Assembly: GCF_963921235.1 (NCBI RefSeq)
Contig: NC_086125.1
Span: 6,386,001 to 6,450,000, forward strand
Direction: 5' to 3'
DNA from: Mobula hypostoma
Lineage: Eukaryota
DNA length: 64,000 nt
The notes under the pieces were generated by a model. It saw only the letters and a list, made by a program, of their open reading frames with translations, was not told the DNA's origin and searched no databases. Below, one piece after another: positions 50,302 through 63,875 of this stretch. Both the position numbers and the translations under genes were made by a program. Numbering within the stretch: position 1 is the first letter of the stretch; the number at the start of each line of letters is the position of its first letter.

Positions 50302-50619
50302 GCTTGTGCGTGCCAGAGCCCTCCGAGACCAACGCTCTAATTTGTGTTTTCTTCAGTAGGACAGCTTCCACTAACGCCTTCCGTTTCCAACACGAATCAA
50401 TATGGAAAATTCTCAGATCGCCAATCAGAAACAAATTCCTTCAAGCTTGGAACTTTGTGACCATACATGACATTAATCCCCTCAAAGTGTCTTGTCAGAT
50501 TAAATGTACAACCTGCCAAATCCATTGTACTGTTGAGCACTTGGAATTTATTTTATATAACCACTTTAACATAACTTTTAATTCCCTGGCTCTGACCACC
50601 TCATTTTCACCATGGATGT

Positions 50620-52310
50620 TCAGTCCTTATACACTTCTATTCCCCCAGCGAGGCGGCCTCAAAGCTCTCCGCTTCTTTCTTAACAACAGAACCAACCAAT
50701 CTCCCTGCGCCGCCACCACTCCCCTTTGGCTCCTCCCACTTTCTCCAGACCCAAGGGGTAGCCATGGGCACCCACGTGGGACCCAGCTATGCCTTCTTTT
50801 TGGCTGGCTACGTATAACAGTCCATGTTCCAAGCCTTCCCCGGTAATACTTCACAATTCTTCCTCCACCACATTGATGACTTCATTGGCTTTCCTTTCCA
50901 GGACATCATAGATGTTTTCTTTCCTCCACTATTGATGCTGTCCTCGTCCTCATCTCCTTCATTTCCCAAACATCCACACTCATCTCATCTTCCCACTGCT
51001 TTGCCAGTGATAGAGTTCCTCTCATCCTTGCCTACCACTCCATCAGCCTCCATATTCAACAATCATTCTTGACAGCTTCCGCCACCTCAAGGGATCTGAC
51101 CACTGAACATACCTCTCCCATCTCCTCTGCTTTCTGCAGGGATCACTTCCTCCACGACTACTTTGCCCATTTGTCCCTCCCCACTTGTCTCCGTTCCAGT
51201 ACTTCTCCATGCAAGTGCCCCAAGTACTGCGCCTGCCCATGCACCTCCTCCCTCACCTCCGTTCAGTCCTCAAACTGTCAGTCCTTCCAGGTGAGGCGAC
51301 ATCTTACCTGAAAATCTCTCGGGTCCGGTGCTCCTGATGCAGCTTCCTCTACAATGGTGAGACTCATTGTAAACTGGGGGCCCCACTTCATCGAGCACTT
51401 CTGCTCCATCCACTAAAAGCAGAACTTCCTAGTGGCCAAACATTTTAATTCTGATAACAAGCAACACACATCAAAGTTGCTGGTGAACACAGCAGGCCAG
51501 GCAGCTTCTCTAGGAAGAGGTACAGTCGACGTTTCAGGCCGAGACCCTTCGTCAGGACTAACTGAAGGAAGAGTGAGTAAGGGATTTGAAAGTGGGAGGG
51601 GGAGGGGGAGATCCAAAATGATAGGAGAAGACAGGAGGGGGAGGGATAGAGCCAAGAGCTGGACAGGTGATTGGCAAAAGGGATATGAGAGGATCATGGG
51701 ACAGGAGGCCCAGGGAGAAGGAAAAGGGAGGTGGGGGGAAATCCCAGAGGACGGGCAAGGGGTATAGTCAAAGGGACAGAGGGAGAAAAAGGAGAGAGAG
51801 AGAACTACGATTTTAATTCTGATTCCCGTTTTGACATGTCGGTCCACGAGGAAGCCATCCTCAGGGTGGAGGAGCAACACCTGATATTCCATCTGGGCAG
51901 CCTCCAATCTGAGGGCATGAATATCGATTCCTCCTTCCAATAATTTTCCCCTCTCCCTCCTCTCCTTCTATTTCCACACACTGGCATTTGACCTTCTCTC
52001 ATCTGACTTTCACTCCCCTGGGTCTCCTCCCTCTTCCCATTCTCCTATCCTATCAGATTCCTTCTTCTCCAGCCCTTGACCTTTCCCGCCCACTTGGCTT
52101 CACCCTTCACCTTCCGGCCAGCCTCTTTCCCCTCCCCCCCACCTTTTTATTTTGCCATCTTCCCCCTCCCTTCTCAGTTCTGAAGAAGGGCTTTGGCCTA
52201 AAATGTTGACTGTTTATTCCTTTCCATAGATGCTGCCTGACCTGCCGAGTTCCTCCAGCATTTTGTATGTGTTGCTTTTGATTTGCAGCAAATGTCAAAT
52301 CTCTCGTGTT
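50620..52310 (+). mobile_element. Old Penelope-like element (RT and GIY-YIG remnants) with a younger antisense copy nested at 51456-51809
   Basis: GVAMGT..GPSYA RT motif, EEQHLIFHLGSLQ; nested copy flanked by 14-bp TSD ATTTTAATTCTGAT (51442-51455, 51810-51823). Confidence 0.85.
51524..51559 (-). ncRNA. Minimal type-I hammerhead ribozyme motif
   Basis: Same 36-mer as 20049-20084 on the minus strand. Confidence 0.75.
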
Positions 52311-52671
52311 TAACATAACTACTTCATCTCGTGGATTAAATACCAATCCAAGCTTCCATCTCACTCGCTGTTAATGATCACATGGCACCACTTTAAAAGG
52401 GCAATATTTATCTGACAGATTCACAGACCAACTTCTGAAAGTTGGTGTGCTCAAAATTGGCTGCTGCATTTCCAAAATTACAACAGCATCCCCAATTTGA
52501 ACTTCAACAGCTGTAAAGCACTTTGATATTTCCTTAAAGAGACACACACAAAGATCAATCCAAATCTTTTTCTCTGATGGTTAAATTGTGCAAAACAACA
52601 GTGTATTTAAAAAGACCTGTCTTCGGCCATTCTGACGGACAAATTACATCAATGGGATTCTATCAGCAAAC

Positions 52672-52790
52672 CTCATCACTGTAGACTTCTGAGCAATCAC
52701 TGACATTCGAGGAAATGTTTCTGTATAACCTTTGAACATTTTCCAATGCAATCTTTAAACATTGAGAGTGCTTGTAGGAGAAAATAAAAT
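52672..52790 (-). pseudogene. Candidate degenerate RALGPS exon (GEF domain; ...ALENVQRLYRNISSNVSD...)
   Basis: CCTTTCAG acceptor; LENVQR..NI....SD resembles LENEQR...NNILRIISD and lies in the expected order. Similarity is weak, and the CR1 motif ALERVQR is an alternative source. Confidence 0.4.
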
Positions 52791-53243
52791 CTGAAAGGTT
52801 TATCCCAATGATAGCAATCAGGAAATACAATTTTAGATATCATTCTGGCTGCTGGCCAGTGTCATCTGTCCTCTCATTGGCCCTGCTTTAGATCTCTTCC
52901 TCCCATCACCAGTAGAAAAATCCAAACCATCTGCTCAGCCACAAAGCAATCCTGAAGGGGCTGGTGATGAACTTCAATGTTTCCAGCAGAGAACATGGAA
53001 GAAGACAGATACCTTCACAGCAAATAGACCTTTATAGCAGGGTAATCCCTAGTATTTCCCAGCCCATCAGCAATGCCTATAAATTCCTTGCATTCGATTC
53101 CATGTTGACTAGTCACAGAGTGAATGAAAAATTCATACGCCACCCTTCCACAAAGTATTTTGACATGTAATTACTGCTCAAATGCAGAAAAGCCCTGAAC
53201 TTTCTGACAAATTCCTAAAAGCCGCAGCATTATAGGACAAAAC

Positions 53244-53980
53244 TGTTGGGGCATATTCTGGAGTGTGGGGTATATAGCAAGTTTTAATTTCAATAGTAAC
53301 AAATCTTCAGATTCGAGCGTGGATTGCAGATTGAGTTTAAAAGACAGCTCAGAACAATTAGACCTCAGATGTCTGCAAGTGCATGAATACAGCCCAGAGT
53401 CAGTGACAATTAACAGACATTTTGGGTGCCTGGAGTGTGGGTGTGAAGGATGTGTTTGAAAACTGCATTGTGTTGGCGCATGGCCAAGTGGTTAAGGCGT
53501 TCGTCTAGTGATCTGAATGTTGCTAGTTCAACCTCAGCTGAGGCAGCGTGTTGTGTACTTGAGCAAGGCACTTAATCACACATTGCTCTGCGACAACACC
53601 GGTGCCAAGCTGTATCGGCCCTAGTGCCCCTCCCTTAGACAACATCGGTGGTGTGGAGAGGGGAGACTTGCAGCATGGGCAACTGCTGGTCTTCCATACA
53701 ACCTTGCCCAGGCCTGCGCCCTGGAAACTTTCCAAGGCACAAATCCATGGTCTCATGAGACTAACAGATGCCTAATTGTAGATATGTTGTAACTGCAGAA
53801 TTATCCTGTTACCGTTGATCTTTAGCTCAAAGATACCATGCAATATTGGGTTGAGCAGGCCTCTTCTTCCCAGACTGTCTCGAGTTATGAGGCCAGCTGC
53901 TCATTTTTTTGTTGTTGAGTAAAAAGTTTTATATCCACCCATTTCAGTGTTTCTCTGGTGACTTTGTTTACGTCACAACA
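53244..53980 (+). mobile_element. Old solo-LTR-like repeat interrupted by a SINE
   Basis: TGTTG...CAACA termini; diverged homologue at 27781-27809 plus 29255-29741 (split by CR1); TSD not clear. Confidence 0.55.
53475..53775 (+). mobile_element. tRNA-derived SINE
   Basis: A box TGGCCAAGTGG, B-box-like GTTCAACC, then CTTGAGCAAGGCACTTAA; second copy at 46410-46717. Confidence 0.8.
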
Positions 53981-55619
53981 AAGATGATCTGTTTTGGTGA
54001 AGTTGGTGGACCACTTTAAGGGACAGAAAGAAATGAAGTCATCCACCTTGGCTGGCTAAGTATCTCTATTATTGCTGAGAGACAGAATGATGCTAGAATG
54101 GAATTGGGAACAGGTTTTGAAGCACAAAAGAGGAAGAAAGATTGGTCATTTTCCAACATCTCCTTTGAAAGGACATTCATTTCAATGCAAAAAAGTAAAT
54201 CAAGTCTGATCAGCACCAGCAATTCCAGTGGACTTCAGTTACCAGATGTGGCAACAGTCAGCAGATGTCAGCAATCTGGCTCTCATCACCAAGTGTGATA
54301 TCAGTTAAGGGGGAGGTGAGATGGATGCCATGCTGAAGATACAATACACAGGAAAGCTGCTTATCATAACAAATAAATTCTCCAAGTCTGTCTATTCATC
54401 TCTGGGGGAACCAGAACTCCTCTAATTCTGGAATTTTGCCCAAATTTAATCAAGTCACGTGAGGCTGTGTCTCCTGCTCCCAAGACCCTCAGCTCCTGAG
54501 TGCTCTCCCTGCACCTCTCCACTTCTCCTTCGTGCAGGGTGCTCTTTAAAACCTTCATCCCTGAACAAATGTTTGTTCACATGTCTGAATATAGCCTCTA
54601 CTATCATTCTGATAACCATCTTGTGGAGTACCTTCAGGAGGCTGTCTTCCCCATGTTAAAACTGCTCTACAATGCATCTTCATTCTTAAACCAAACTAAG
54701 TTCGTCAGCAGTTTAACAGTGGAGTTAGCGAACGGATTGTGCACCACACTCACCATGCATATTGTAACATTCAGACTACTCATTTTCTCAGCAACCACGT
54801 ACCAGCTCCAAGCTCACCAGCAGGTCTGGAACTTCTCAGCTCTGTGAATCCTTTGATAAAGTAAACAAACACACTATCTCAAGTTCTTAATTTAGTGAGC
54901 TACTGTTTAGACTTAATGGCCACTGACCTGAATGTATACATTAACATCTGCTCTCTTATCCATTTATGGAAGCCCATCCACAGACTAGCTCGGAAAAAGA
55001 ATTCACTGGCATTTGCAAATTCCTTTCCCTACCCCCTTCCCAACCCACTGCCCTCCCTGCTCCACCTTGTATCCATTTCAGGGAGAATGCAAAAGGCTGG
55101 TAGGAAAGGGCAAAAAAAAACATCAAAATAATCAAATTCTTTAGTCTGAGGCCTATTTAATAAGAGAACAAGTAGGCCTGGGGATTATTGTTCATCTTTC
55201 AACCCTAGGAATCTGGGGCCACTGACCAGGATCAGCATGGACCAGGAAACCTCCAGGGAAACAGAAAAACTCCACTAACCGGGCTTCTAATCATTTCGAA
55301 ATCCTGATGGCCTGGAACCTACCTCATTCACTTGGTCTGACACCACCAAGTAACCTGAAAGTATCAGATCGACGTTTTACTATAATAACCTTCTACTTAG
55401 TTACTAGTGCATTCCAATCAAACAGAAAAACAGAAGTCCTTCACGATTTTACAGTGCTATCTCAGGTTTTAAGCTGATGAAACAGTGAGCAGCATCCCTT
55501 TGATATATTAAACACACTTTTTAAGCTTTCTCAACAGATTGGAGACTCATGGGACTTGAGAGGAAAACCTGATTCATAACCTGGGCCGTGGATCTCAGCT
55601 AATACAGCAGCTGGTCAAC

Positions 55620-57140
55620 TGGTTGAGTGGGGTCACAGCAACAACAATTCACTCTGTGCCAGCAAGATCGAGGAAATGATTGTGGACTCTAGGAAGGAGA
55701 AGTCAGCAGACCACACACTAGTCCTCATTGAGGGGGGCAGTATTGGAAAGGGTGAGTATTTTCAAGTTTCTGGGTGTCAACATCTCAGAGGACCTGACCC
55801 GAGTTCAACATATCGAAGCAATTACAAGGGCACACAAGTGGCTGTACTTTGTTTTGGTGTTTGAGGAGATTTGGTCTATCAGTAAAGATTCCTGAAAATT
55901 TCTGCAGATGTTCAGTGGAGAGCATTCAGTCTGGTATGGAGGCAGGTTCACAGAGGCTGCAGACTTAGTCAGCTCCATCATAGGCACAACCCCTCCCCAC
56001 CATTGAGGACTCCAAGAGGTAGCACCTCAAGAAAGCAGCACCCATCATAAGGGTGCTCTCTGCCTCATTCTCATTACTACATCAGGGAGTAGATATAGGA
56101 GTCTGGACACCCATACTCAATTTGGGAACAACAACTTCTCCTTCACCATCAGATGGTCCATGAATCCAAGCACATTAGCTACTTCATTACTCTTTAAACT
56201 ATTGATTTACTTTTATTAATTAGATTCTTATGCTTTTTGTACTGTTCTACTCTCTCTACAACCATGACTGTGCGGCTAGGCCCAGCTCAAACGCCCTCTA
56301 TGAATTTGCTGACAACACAACTATTGTTGGCAGAATTTCAGTTGGTGACGAGAGGGCGTGCAGGAGCGAGGTATATCAGCCAGTTGAATGGTATAGCAAC
56401 AACGACTTTGCACTCAATGTCAGCAAGACTAAAGAACTGATTGTGGACTTCAGGAAAGGTAAGATGAGGGAACACACACCGCAGTCCTCATACAGGGATC
56501 AGAGGTAGAGAGAGTGAGCAATTTCAAGTTCCTGGGTATCAATATCTCTAAGGATTTAACCTGCACCCAATGTATTTATGCAGCTACAAAGAAGGCACAA
56601 CAGCATCTATACTTCATTAAGAGTTTGAGGAGATTTGGTGTGTCACCTAAGACACTCAAAAATTTCTATGGTTGTACACGGAGAAAATTCTGACTGGCTC
56701 CATCACTGTCTGGTATTGCGGGGGGGGGGGTTACTGTACAGGATCAAAATAAGCCACAGTGAGTTGTAAACTTAGTCAGCTCCATCATGAGCACCTGTCT
56801 TTATAGTATACAGGACATCTTCAAGGAGCAACGCCTCAAAAAGGTGGCATCCATCATTAAGGACCCCCATCATCCAGGTCATGCCCTCTTCTCATTGCTA
56901 CCATCAGGAAGGAGGTACAGAAGCCTGAAGGCACACACTCAGTGATTCAGGAACAGCTTCTTCCCCTCTGCCATCCAATTCCTGAATGGACATTGAACCC
57001 ATGAACACTACCTCACTACTTTATGTTTCTCTTTTTTCATTAATTTAATTTAACTATATATTTGTAGGAGTACCACAGGAAAAAACTGAATTGCAGTAAA
57101 GGCAACAAGTTTCACAACATATGCTGGTGATATCAGGTCT
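55620..57140 (+). mobile_element. Two tandem Rex1/Babar-type LINE 3' fragments
   Basis: FADNTT, LNVSKTKELIVDFRK, HPGHALFSLLPSGRRYRSL motifs; similar to 25530-26200. Confidence 0.82.
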
Positions 57141-59199
57141 TATTCTGAACTCTACAGTTGCCTCAAAATAATAAAATTCATGTCATATGTCTGAGATAAT
57201 AAATCCAATTTGGATTCTGAGCTAGAATCTATTAGCCTCAACCAAGCTCAGTAAATTAAGGGTTCAAACCCTACCACAGACAACTCAGCACAAGATCCTG
57301 GCTCCATCTGTGTCTTTGTTGCCCCAAACTTGACGATGCCAGTGCAAAGTGGCTCCCACTTCTACCCTCTAAAAATGGAGGGCATTCAAACTCTGCTTCC
57401 TCTACCCCAACTCCTGCAATGTTCTATTCACCAGTTATCCAGTCTTCAGTGACCTACACTTGCTCCCTGCTATTCAATGCCTCTCGCTTAAAATTCTAAA
57501 CTTTGTTTTCAAATTTCATATCACTAATTTCTTCTAAGGTGATAATCCTCAGATTCCTGCCCTCCCCCTTAGATTCGGGCCATGTTAACCCCCACATTTA
57601 ATCACATTCAGCTGCAAAGGCCCTCCTGGTACTCCTTACTGGCAGAGGCTCCTTTAAGACATGTTATAAATCTATTCCAAGTGGTCATACCACAAAAGGA
57701 GCACCTTGCAGAGAATGGTAAAGGTTGCTGAGACAAATGGAAAGAAACGGTGGAGTTTCCTGGGATCTTGAGCTTTTTTCCTCCCCACTTCTAGAGTTAT
57801 GGAACAGTACAGTTTAGCAAAACAGTGTTCCAGTTCACAGTCCGTTTCCCTGCTTACATCAGTCATGCTGTGACATAGTACGAATCAAGATGGCTGGACA
57901 TCACGATTCTCTCAGTCGAACACGAATTGAGTAAGTAGAAGCAATGGGCAGTGCAAAAGGAAAGAAACCATTCATTCTGTTCATGCCTGTAGGTGCTAAG
58001 TCATGCAGGTTCATAAAAGCTGATGCCAAGAAACCAGGAGTCAAGAATTAATTAAAGATTTGATAGGGAAGCACAAGTCCTGGTTGTGCGACCGCTGACG
58101 CCAGGCAGACAATCTCTGAGGAGAATTGATAACGGCTGGGGTCACCTGTCTCGTAAAGGCACTACTCAGAAGGCAGCAATGGCAAACCACTTCTGTAGAG
58201 AAGTTGGCCAAGAACAATCACGGTCACGGAAAGGGACCATGATCGGCCACGTCATACAAAACAGCACCTAACAAACGAGGGACGCACATGGTGAACGTTG
58301 AGTGTTATTATTTATTTATTGAGGTACAGCACTGAATAGGCCCCTCCAACCCGTTGAGCCACGCTGCCCAGCAATCCCCTGATTTAACCATAGCCTAATC
58401 ACAGGACGATCTACAGTGAACAATTAACGCCAACCGGTACATCTTTGCACGCTAGGAAGAAACCCAGGTGGTCACGGGGAGAACGTAAAAACTTCTAACA
58501 GGCAGCAGTAGGAATTGAACTGGGGTTCCTGTTTGCATACTGATTACCACTATTCTGATGTCCTTAAGGGTGACAATTCACTATATTTATATTTCCTCTT
58601 TATCATTAAAACCTCTCTTTGACTAAGTTTTTTTTGATCACCCCAGTGTCTCCTCGTGTGGCGACTGTTAGCTTTACTTTGATACTGCCTATGGAACTTT
58701 CTAAGATATCCTTACTGCAATAAAGTGCTATACAAATGAAAACTGCTTATTTACTTCACCTCTCCCTTATCGAGATGGCCTGGTGTTCCAGACTGCTGCG
58801 CGGCCTTGCCAGTCAGACAGAATGCCAAAACTCAGTCCTACTTCGCAAGGGAGAAGTGGCGAAAAGCAATCAAATGTCGAGAGGGAGGCCATGCTTTTGC
58901 AAGAGGATGCAGACATGATAACAAATCTCCATGCGTGTGAGCACACTTACACAGATGTATATACACACATTCACTTGCTCCCTGAACAAGTCTAGGTTCT
59001 CCCCCCACCAGCTGACTAATTTCTATTCACTTTCAGACAGGATATGCAACTGTTTTCAGAGGTTCAAAAACTTCAGTTTACAAGAGAAAGGTAAACTCAA
59101 ATCAGAGGACAGAAATTTTGAGGCAACAGGATTTACTGCCCGAATCAGTTGGATTTTGGTTAGGAGTTCACTGCTCTTTGGGGAGGAGTCAGAATAGCT

Positions 59200-59628
59200 A
59201 TCTCGACTCGTTACAAGGAGAGAGCACTGAGGCTTTAATCTACCAAACCAAGCCTCTAATGGGCGGGGAGATGAGAGGCTGCTGCTGCTTTGAGCAAGAC
59301 CATTAGTGCGAAGAGGAGCTGCCTCTCTTCACTGTCCCACACACAGTCACTGACAAGTTACAACTGCTCTCAGCTGCCTCACTCCAGCATGGGACGACCA
59401 GGCACCCAGTACTAACTCAACAGAGAGGACGATAATCTAAACCCAGAGAATTCACCTGCCCAGCCTGTTCAAGTACAGCCAGGAACCCAGTTAGAAGTGA
59501 ACTGCTGAAGTGGGATCTACAATGGTTTGTTTTACACAAATTCTTCCCCTTGTTGGAAGCTGAGAACATCGAGGGCTGACAGATATTCACATTGCAGCTA
59601 CTGAAAAGTCTTCTAAACATAGGTAAGG
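59200..59628 (+). promoter_or_regulatory. Candidate promoter and non-coding first exon of a nested antisense gene (ANGPTL6 predicted)
   Basis: Repeat-free stretch with GC box GGGCGGGG at 59261-59268, TAATGG/CCATTA sites and a strong donor TAG|GTAAGG at 59622/59623; gene identity is inferred from synteny only. Confidence 0.35.
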
Positions 59629-62583
59629 GTGCTGCAAAGTTAGCATCAGAACAGTCTGTTATAAAGTCTGAATGCATTTTAGGATTTTAGAGTTTTTAAA
59701 AAGAATATTTTTTCTCTAATAAAAAAATTAGTTTGTTGCTTTTAGCAATGGATGCACTATAATTTCTCAAAGAAATTTAAATAAGTTATTTTCTGGTCAG
59801 TGAGCACAAATGATTCCTTGCGTTTTTTTAGGCTGACATTAAACATCCTGTAACTTTCGAAGAGGCCAGAGAATAGTCATAGGTAACCAGGCAACCCATC
59901 TTTCACTGAATCTAAGTCACGTATATACATCTCATCTCAGTCCTGATCCCATTTAGGTTAAGACCCTTCCCCACTATTCACCCCTCCCTTTCTCTGTAAC
60001 CTTTTCCAGCACTACAAAGTGAAATTTTACTCCAATTCGAACTTCATCTTTAAATTTGATTGCTGCACTGTTAATAGCCATTCCCTCAGCTGCCAAAGCC
60101 TTACAACTCACTGCATCTGACCCATTGACTTTATGTAACTCAGTATCAATTTTGTTCCGCCATAGGCCTGTGAAATTCCTCGAGATGGATTACACATTAA
60201 AAAGTGTTTTATAAATACAAATTCTTGTAAGAACGGATGTGGTGTCTGCAAAAGATTTTGTACTTCAAGAAATAATATCTCAGCTGTTAAAAGTTAGTCT
60301 ATTAACACAAGACACTTTTGTCCAAATTATTTTATGCAAACTATTTTTATCTGTAAGCAACTTTGCACCTACAAGTAATATTATGAATGGTGATATTTCT
60401 GATGACAAGAAACAACGGATAGATACTCATCCAGGTTAGGAACGATACATTACTGGAGAACAGTACAGTGGGAAGTTGGGGGGTGTGCAGGGTACTTGCG
60501 TCCTGTGGCAGCTGTTTTGGCACACAAAAGCAATGTGCACAAAGCCCAAGCCACACAAGGTTCTTTCTTCTGCTCTGGCAACTGTGGAGAGCTAACAGAG
60601 GAAGTTCGGAAATCTGTGAAATGTGGGAATGTTGGTGGGAAGAGGAATTGCGGCAAGAATCAGAAGACGGAGGATTAAGAAATCTGGAATCAAATATACA
60701 ATCAGGGCAGAGATAAGGACTGGGAGGCAGGATCGGTGACAAAAGCCAGAGGATTCAGGGAGTAGTGAGCAGGGCCTCCTTCAAAACCCTCATGGTAGGG
60801 AAAGTGTACACCAAGGAATGTACTTAAAGGAGGCTTGTCTGCAAGATTTGAATTCCATAGCAGCAAAGCAGGTAAAAGTTAACTTCCTTCAAACATCCTT
60901 CAGCACATATGGCCTGTGTCTTTTGGAATCTCCAGTGCAGATTAATTTTGTGCTCATGACATTCACCATACATGCATGGGAGTCCTCAAAGCACTCCCTT
61001 CTCATTACTGAATAACCTTCCCTCCTCAAAGAGATATTAAGAGACCTCTTAGACAACTGGGAATTTAATTTCATTCATTTTAACACCAATGTCCTCTTCT
61101 TAATGGAATTCATACGATTGAATTTGTCAAATTATTACAAATTACAAGGATGACAAAAAGACATTGGTATCATCAAAAAGGTGATGGGGAAGATTTTGCT
61201 TCTAAACAAAATTGCAGATACTGTAATGCTGTATTTATATTCTTCACAACCCAAACAGTGACAGCACAAGATCACAGAAAGACCAGTAAATACCACAACC
61301 ACAGACTTGTTGCAAAACTGTTGGAAGCCAGAGAGGACCGGCAATATTCCAAGAGGTTTAAATCAGGAAACAGCTCAGAGAGGCAGGAAAATGGGCAAAA
61401 CTCTAATGCCCTACCCACCAGCAATCAAAATCAGTCCCAAGCACTAGGTGTTATCTGTAAAGACTCTTGCATGACAGAGTCGTAGCAGGGAACAAGGGCA
61501 GACAAATAGGACTACAACTGATCGGCATGGAGCTCAAACTTCTGCTGAGAGCAGTGCTCACCTTGAAGATTTAAGCATTTCATGGTCTGTGAACTAAACA
61601 ATTCACGGTTTTCTCATGCATGTCTACTGCACGCTCTGTTCTACAGTTTCCATCAACCCACATGGCAAAGAAGCAGAATTAGGCCATATTGTCCATCAGG
61701 TCAGCTTCAATCATGGCTAATTTATTATCCTTCTTAACCCCATAACCTTTGATGCCTTTACTGATCAAGAACCCATCACCCTCTGCTTTAAAATATCTAA
61801 TGACATGGCTTCCACAGTCATCTGTGGCAATGAATTAGTTATAGTCATACTTTATTGATCCCGAGGGAAATTGGTTGCACAGATTCATCACTTAGGATGG
61901 ATCAGTAGGTATGTTCAAAGGTCCAGATTCTCTGCTTTTCGATAGATTATTCCAGTCTAATTGCAGGTAGGACCATAGAGACAAAATATAAAGAGACCAA
62001 ATGCTAGTGATGGTTCCCCGCCCCCCCAGAATACATCGTTGGGATAGGGTGTTGTCCACTTGTCTTCTGGAGGAGAGACCTTGTCATGCAAGTCTTTACA
62101 GATGGCTCTCAGTGGACCAATTTTAGCTTCCGGAAGTAGGGTTTGGCCCTGGACATTTTCATCTCCCAGGATACTCTGGACTTTTCGAAAGAGGATGGGG
62201 GTAATATGCACTCCTGAGGTGGGTTGAGTTGGGGTTAACGAAGACCATGCTCCAGGCAAGTCTTGCTGGACAAGCTGCACTGTTCCTGGCCCACATTTTC
62301 AGGAGATTGGAAGTTTCACTGTGGGACTTTTCATTGCTTTGCTGGCCTTCTTGTACTTCAATACATTGCAATTGATAGACCAGCACTCTTAGAACTAGGA
62401 TTAAGCTGCAACTACCCGACTCAAACCTGAAGGTAATAAAAAAACAATTGTTCAATCATAACATGCATCTCATCTGGAAGCACAATTCTTTTCTGAGATC
62501 TGTGCACATGCATTCCAGGAGTATGTCTAGATTGTGAGGAGCCAAAGAGATATTTCCCACTCTCTGGGTCACTGGGCTACCTG

Positions 62584-63138
62584 CACTTAGTGGCCACTTT
62601 ATTAGGTACACCTGCACACCTGCTTGTCAATGCAAATTTCTAATCAACCAATCATGTGGCAGCAACTCAATGCATAAAAGCATGCAGACATGGTCAAGAG
62701 GTTCAGTTGTTGTTCAGACCAAACATCACAATGGGGAAGAAATGTGACCTAAGTGACTTTGACCGTGGAATGATTGTTGGTGCCAGATGGGGTGGTTTGA
62801 GCATCTCAGAAACTGCTGATTCTCCTGGGATTTTCACACACAAGTCTCTAGAATTTATGGAGAACGATGTTTAAAAAAACACAAAAAAAAACCCATCCAG
62901 TGAGTGGCAGTTCTGTGAGCAAATACGCCTTGTTAATGAGCAAGGTCAGAGGAGAATGGCCAGACTTGTCCCAGCTGACCAGAAAGCAACAGTAACTCTA
63001 ATAACTATGTGTTACAACAGTGGTGTGCAGAACAGCAACTCTGAATGCACAACATGTCGAACTTTGGAGTGGACGGGCTACAGCAGGGGAAGACCACAAT
63101 GTTTTCCACCAGGTACCTAATGAAGTTGCCACAGAGTG
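62584..63138 (+). mobile_element. Tc1/mariner deletion derivative
   Basis: TIRs CACTTAGTGGCCACTTTATTAGGTAC / GTACCTAATGAAGTTGCCACAGAGTG(TA); transposase N-terminus MGKKCDLSDFDRGMIVGAR..GLSISETA, frameshifted; no DDE domain. Confidence 0.88.
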
Positions 63139-63434
63139 TATAGTTATACTTCCTGTTGTAAACCTGGTGTGTAATGCAGCATTTCCCATATTACAACTAC
63201 TGTGGCATTCAGAAAAGGCACTATATAAAAGCACATCTGTTCCTGCTTCTAAAGAGCTTTCAAAGCATTTTGGAAAAATGTAGTAATAAAAGCTGCCCTC
63301 GCCAACAACATCATACAAAATAACAAAACCAAACCACAAGGTAAAATTCCACCAAAATATGTCAACCTGTTTCAACAAAGGGAATAATCTCCGTCAAACA
63401 AGCAATGAAGCTTTAAAGTACTTCTGCAAATTTT

Positions 63435-63875
63435 CCATAGGAGCAGAAGACTATTTGGCCCATCGAATCTGCTGTGCCATTCCATCATGGTTGATTTATT
63501 ATCCCTTTCAACCCCATTCTCCTGCCTTCTCTCTGTAACTTTTGACACTGAATAATCAAGAACCTATCAATTTCTGCTTTAAATATACCCACAGTCCTAA
63601 CCTATATAATCTTTCCTTATAACTCAGGTCCTCCAGACCCAGCAACATCCTTGTAAATTTCCTCTGTACACTTTCCTGTAGATAGGTGACTTAAACTGCA
63701 CACGATACTCCAAATCAGGCCTCACCAACGTCTTACACAATTTCAACATAACATTCTATCTCCTGTACTCAGTACTTTGATTTATGAAGGCTAAAAGCTT
63801 TGTTTACAACCCTATCCATCTGTGACACCTCTTTCAAGGAATTATGGGTCTGTATTCCCAGATCCCTTTGTTACA
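63435..63875 (-). mobile_element. CR1 fragments
   Basis: Similar to 2580-2880 and 43690-43850. Confidence 0.75.

Larger units (their letters stand above)
25040..52790 (-). pseudogene. RALGPS-family (Ral-GEF with PH domain) gene, 3' half, multiply disabled; probable third paralogue
   Basis: Ten clear exons plus one degenerate candidate, collinear with RALGPS1/2 from the end of the CDC25/GEF domain to the C-terminal PTNLMSFE*; several splice and frame lesions (see individual exons). Confidence 0.85.

Noticed and set aside
54364-55200. IYLL and MNN fragments as alternative candidates for the missing GEF exon
   Set aside because: Isolated 3-4 residue matches without splice context.
229-63378. 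Most ORFs in the supplied six-frame track as stand-alone genes
   Set aside because: They are short, often start at non-ATG codons, and are repeat-derived, microsatellite-derived or chance frames; real coding sequence here is in short spliced exons.
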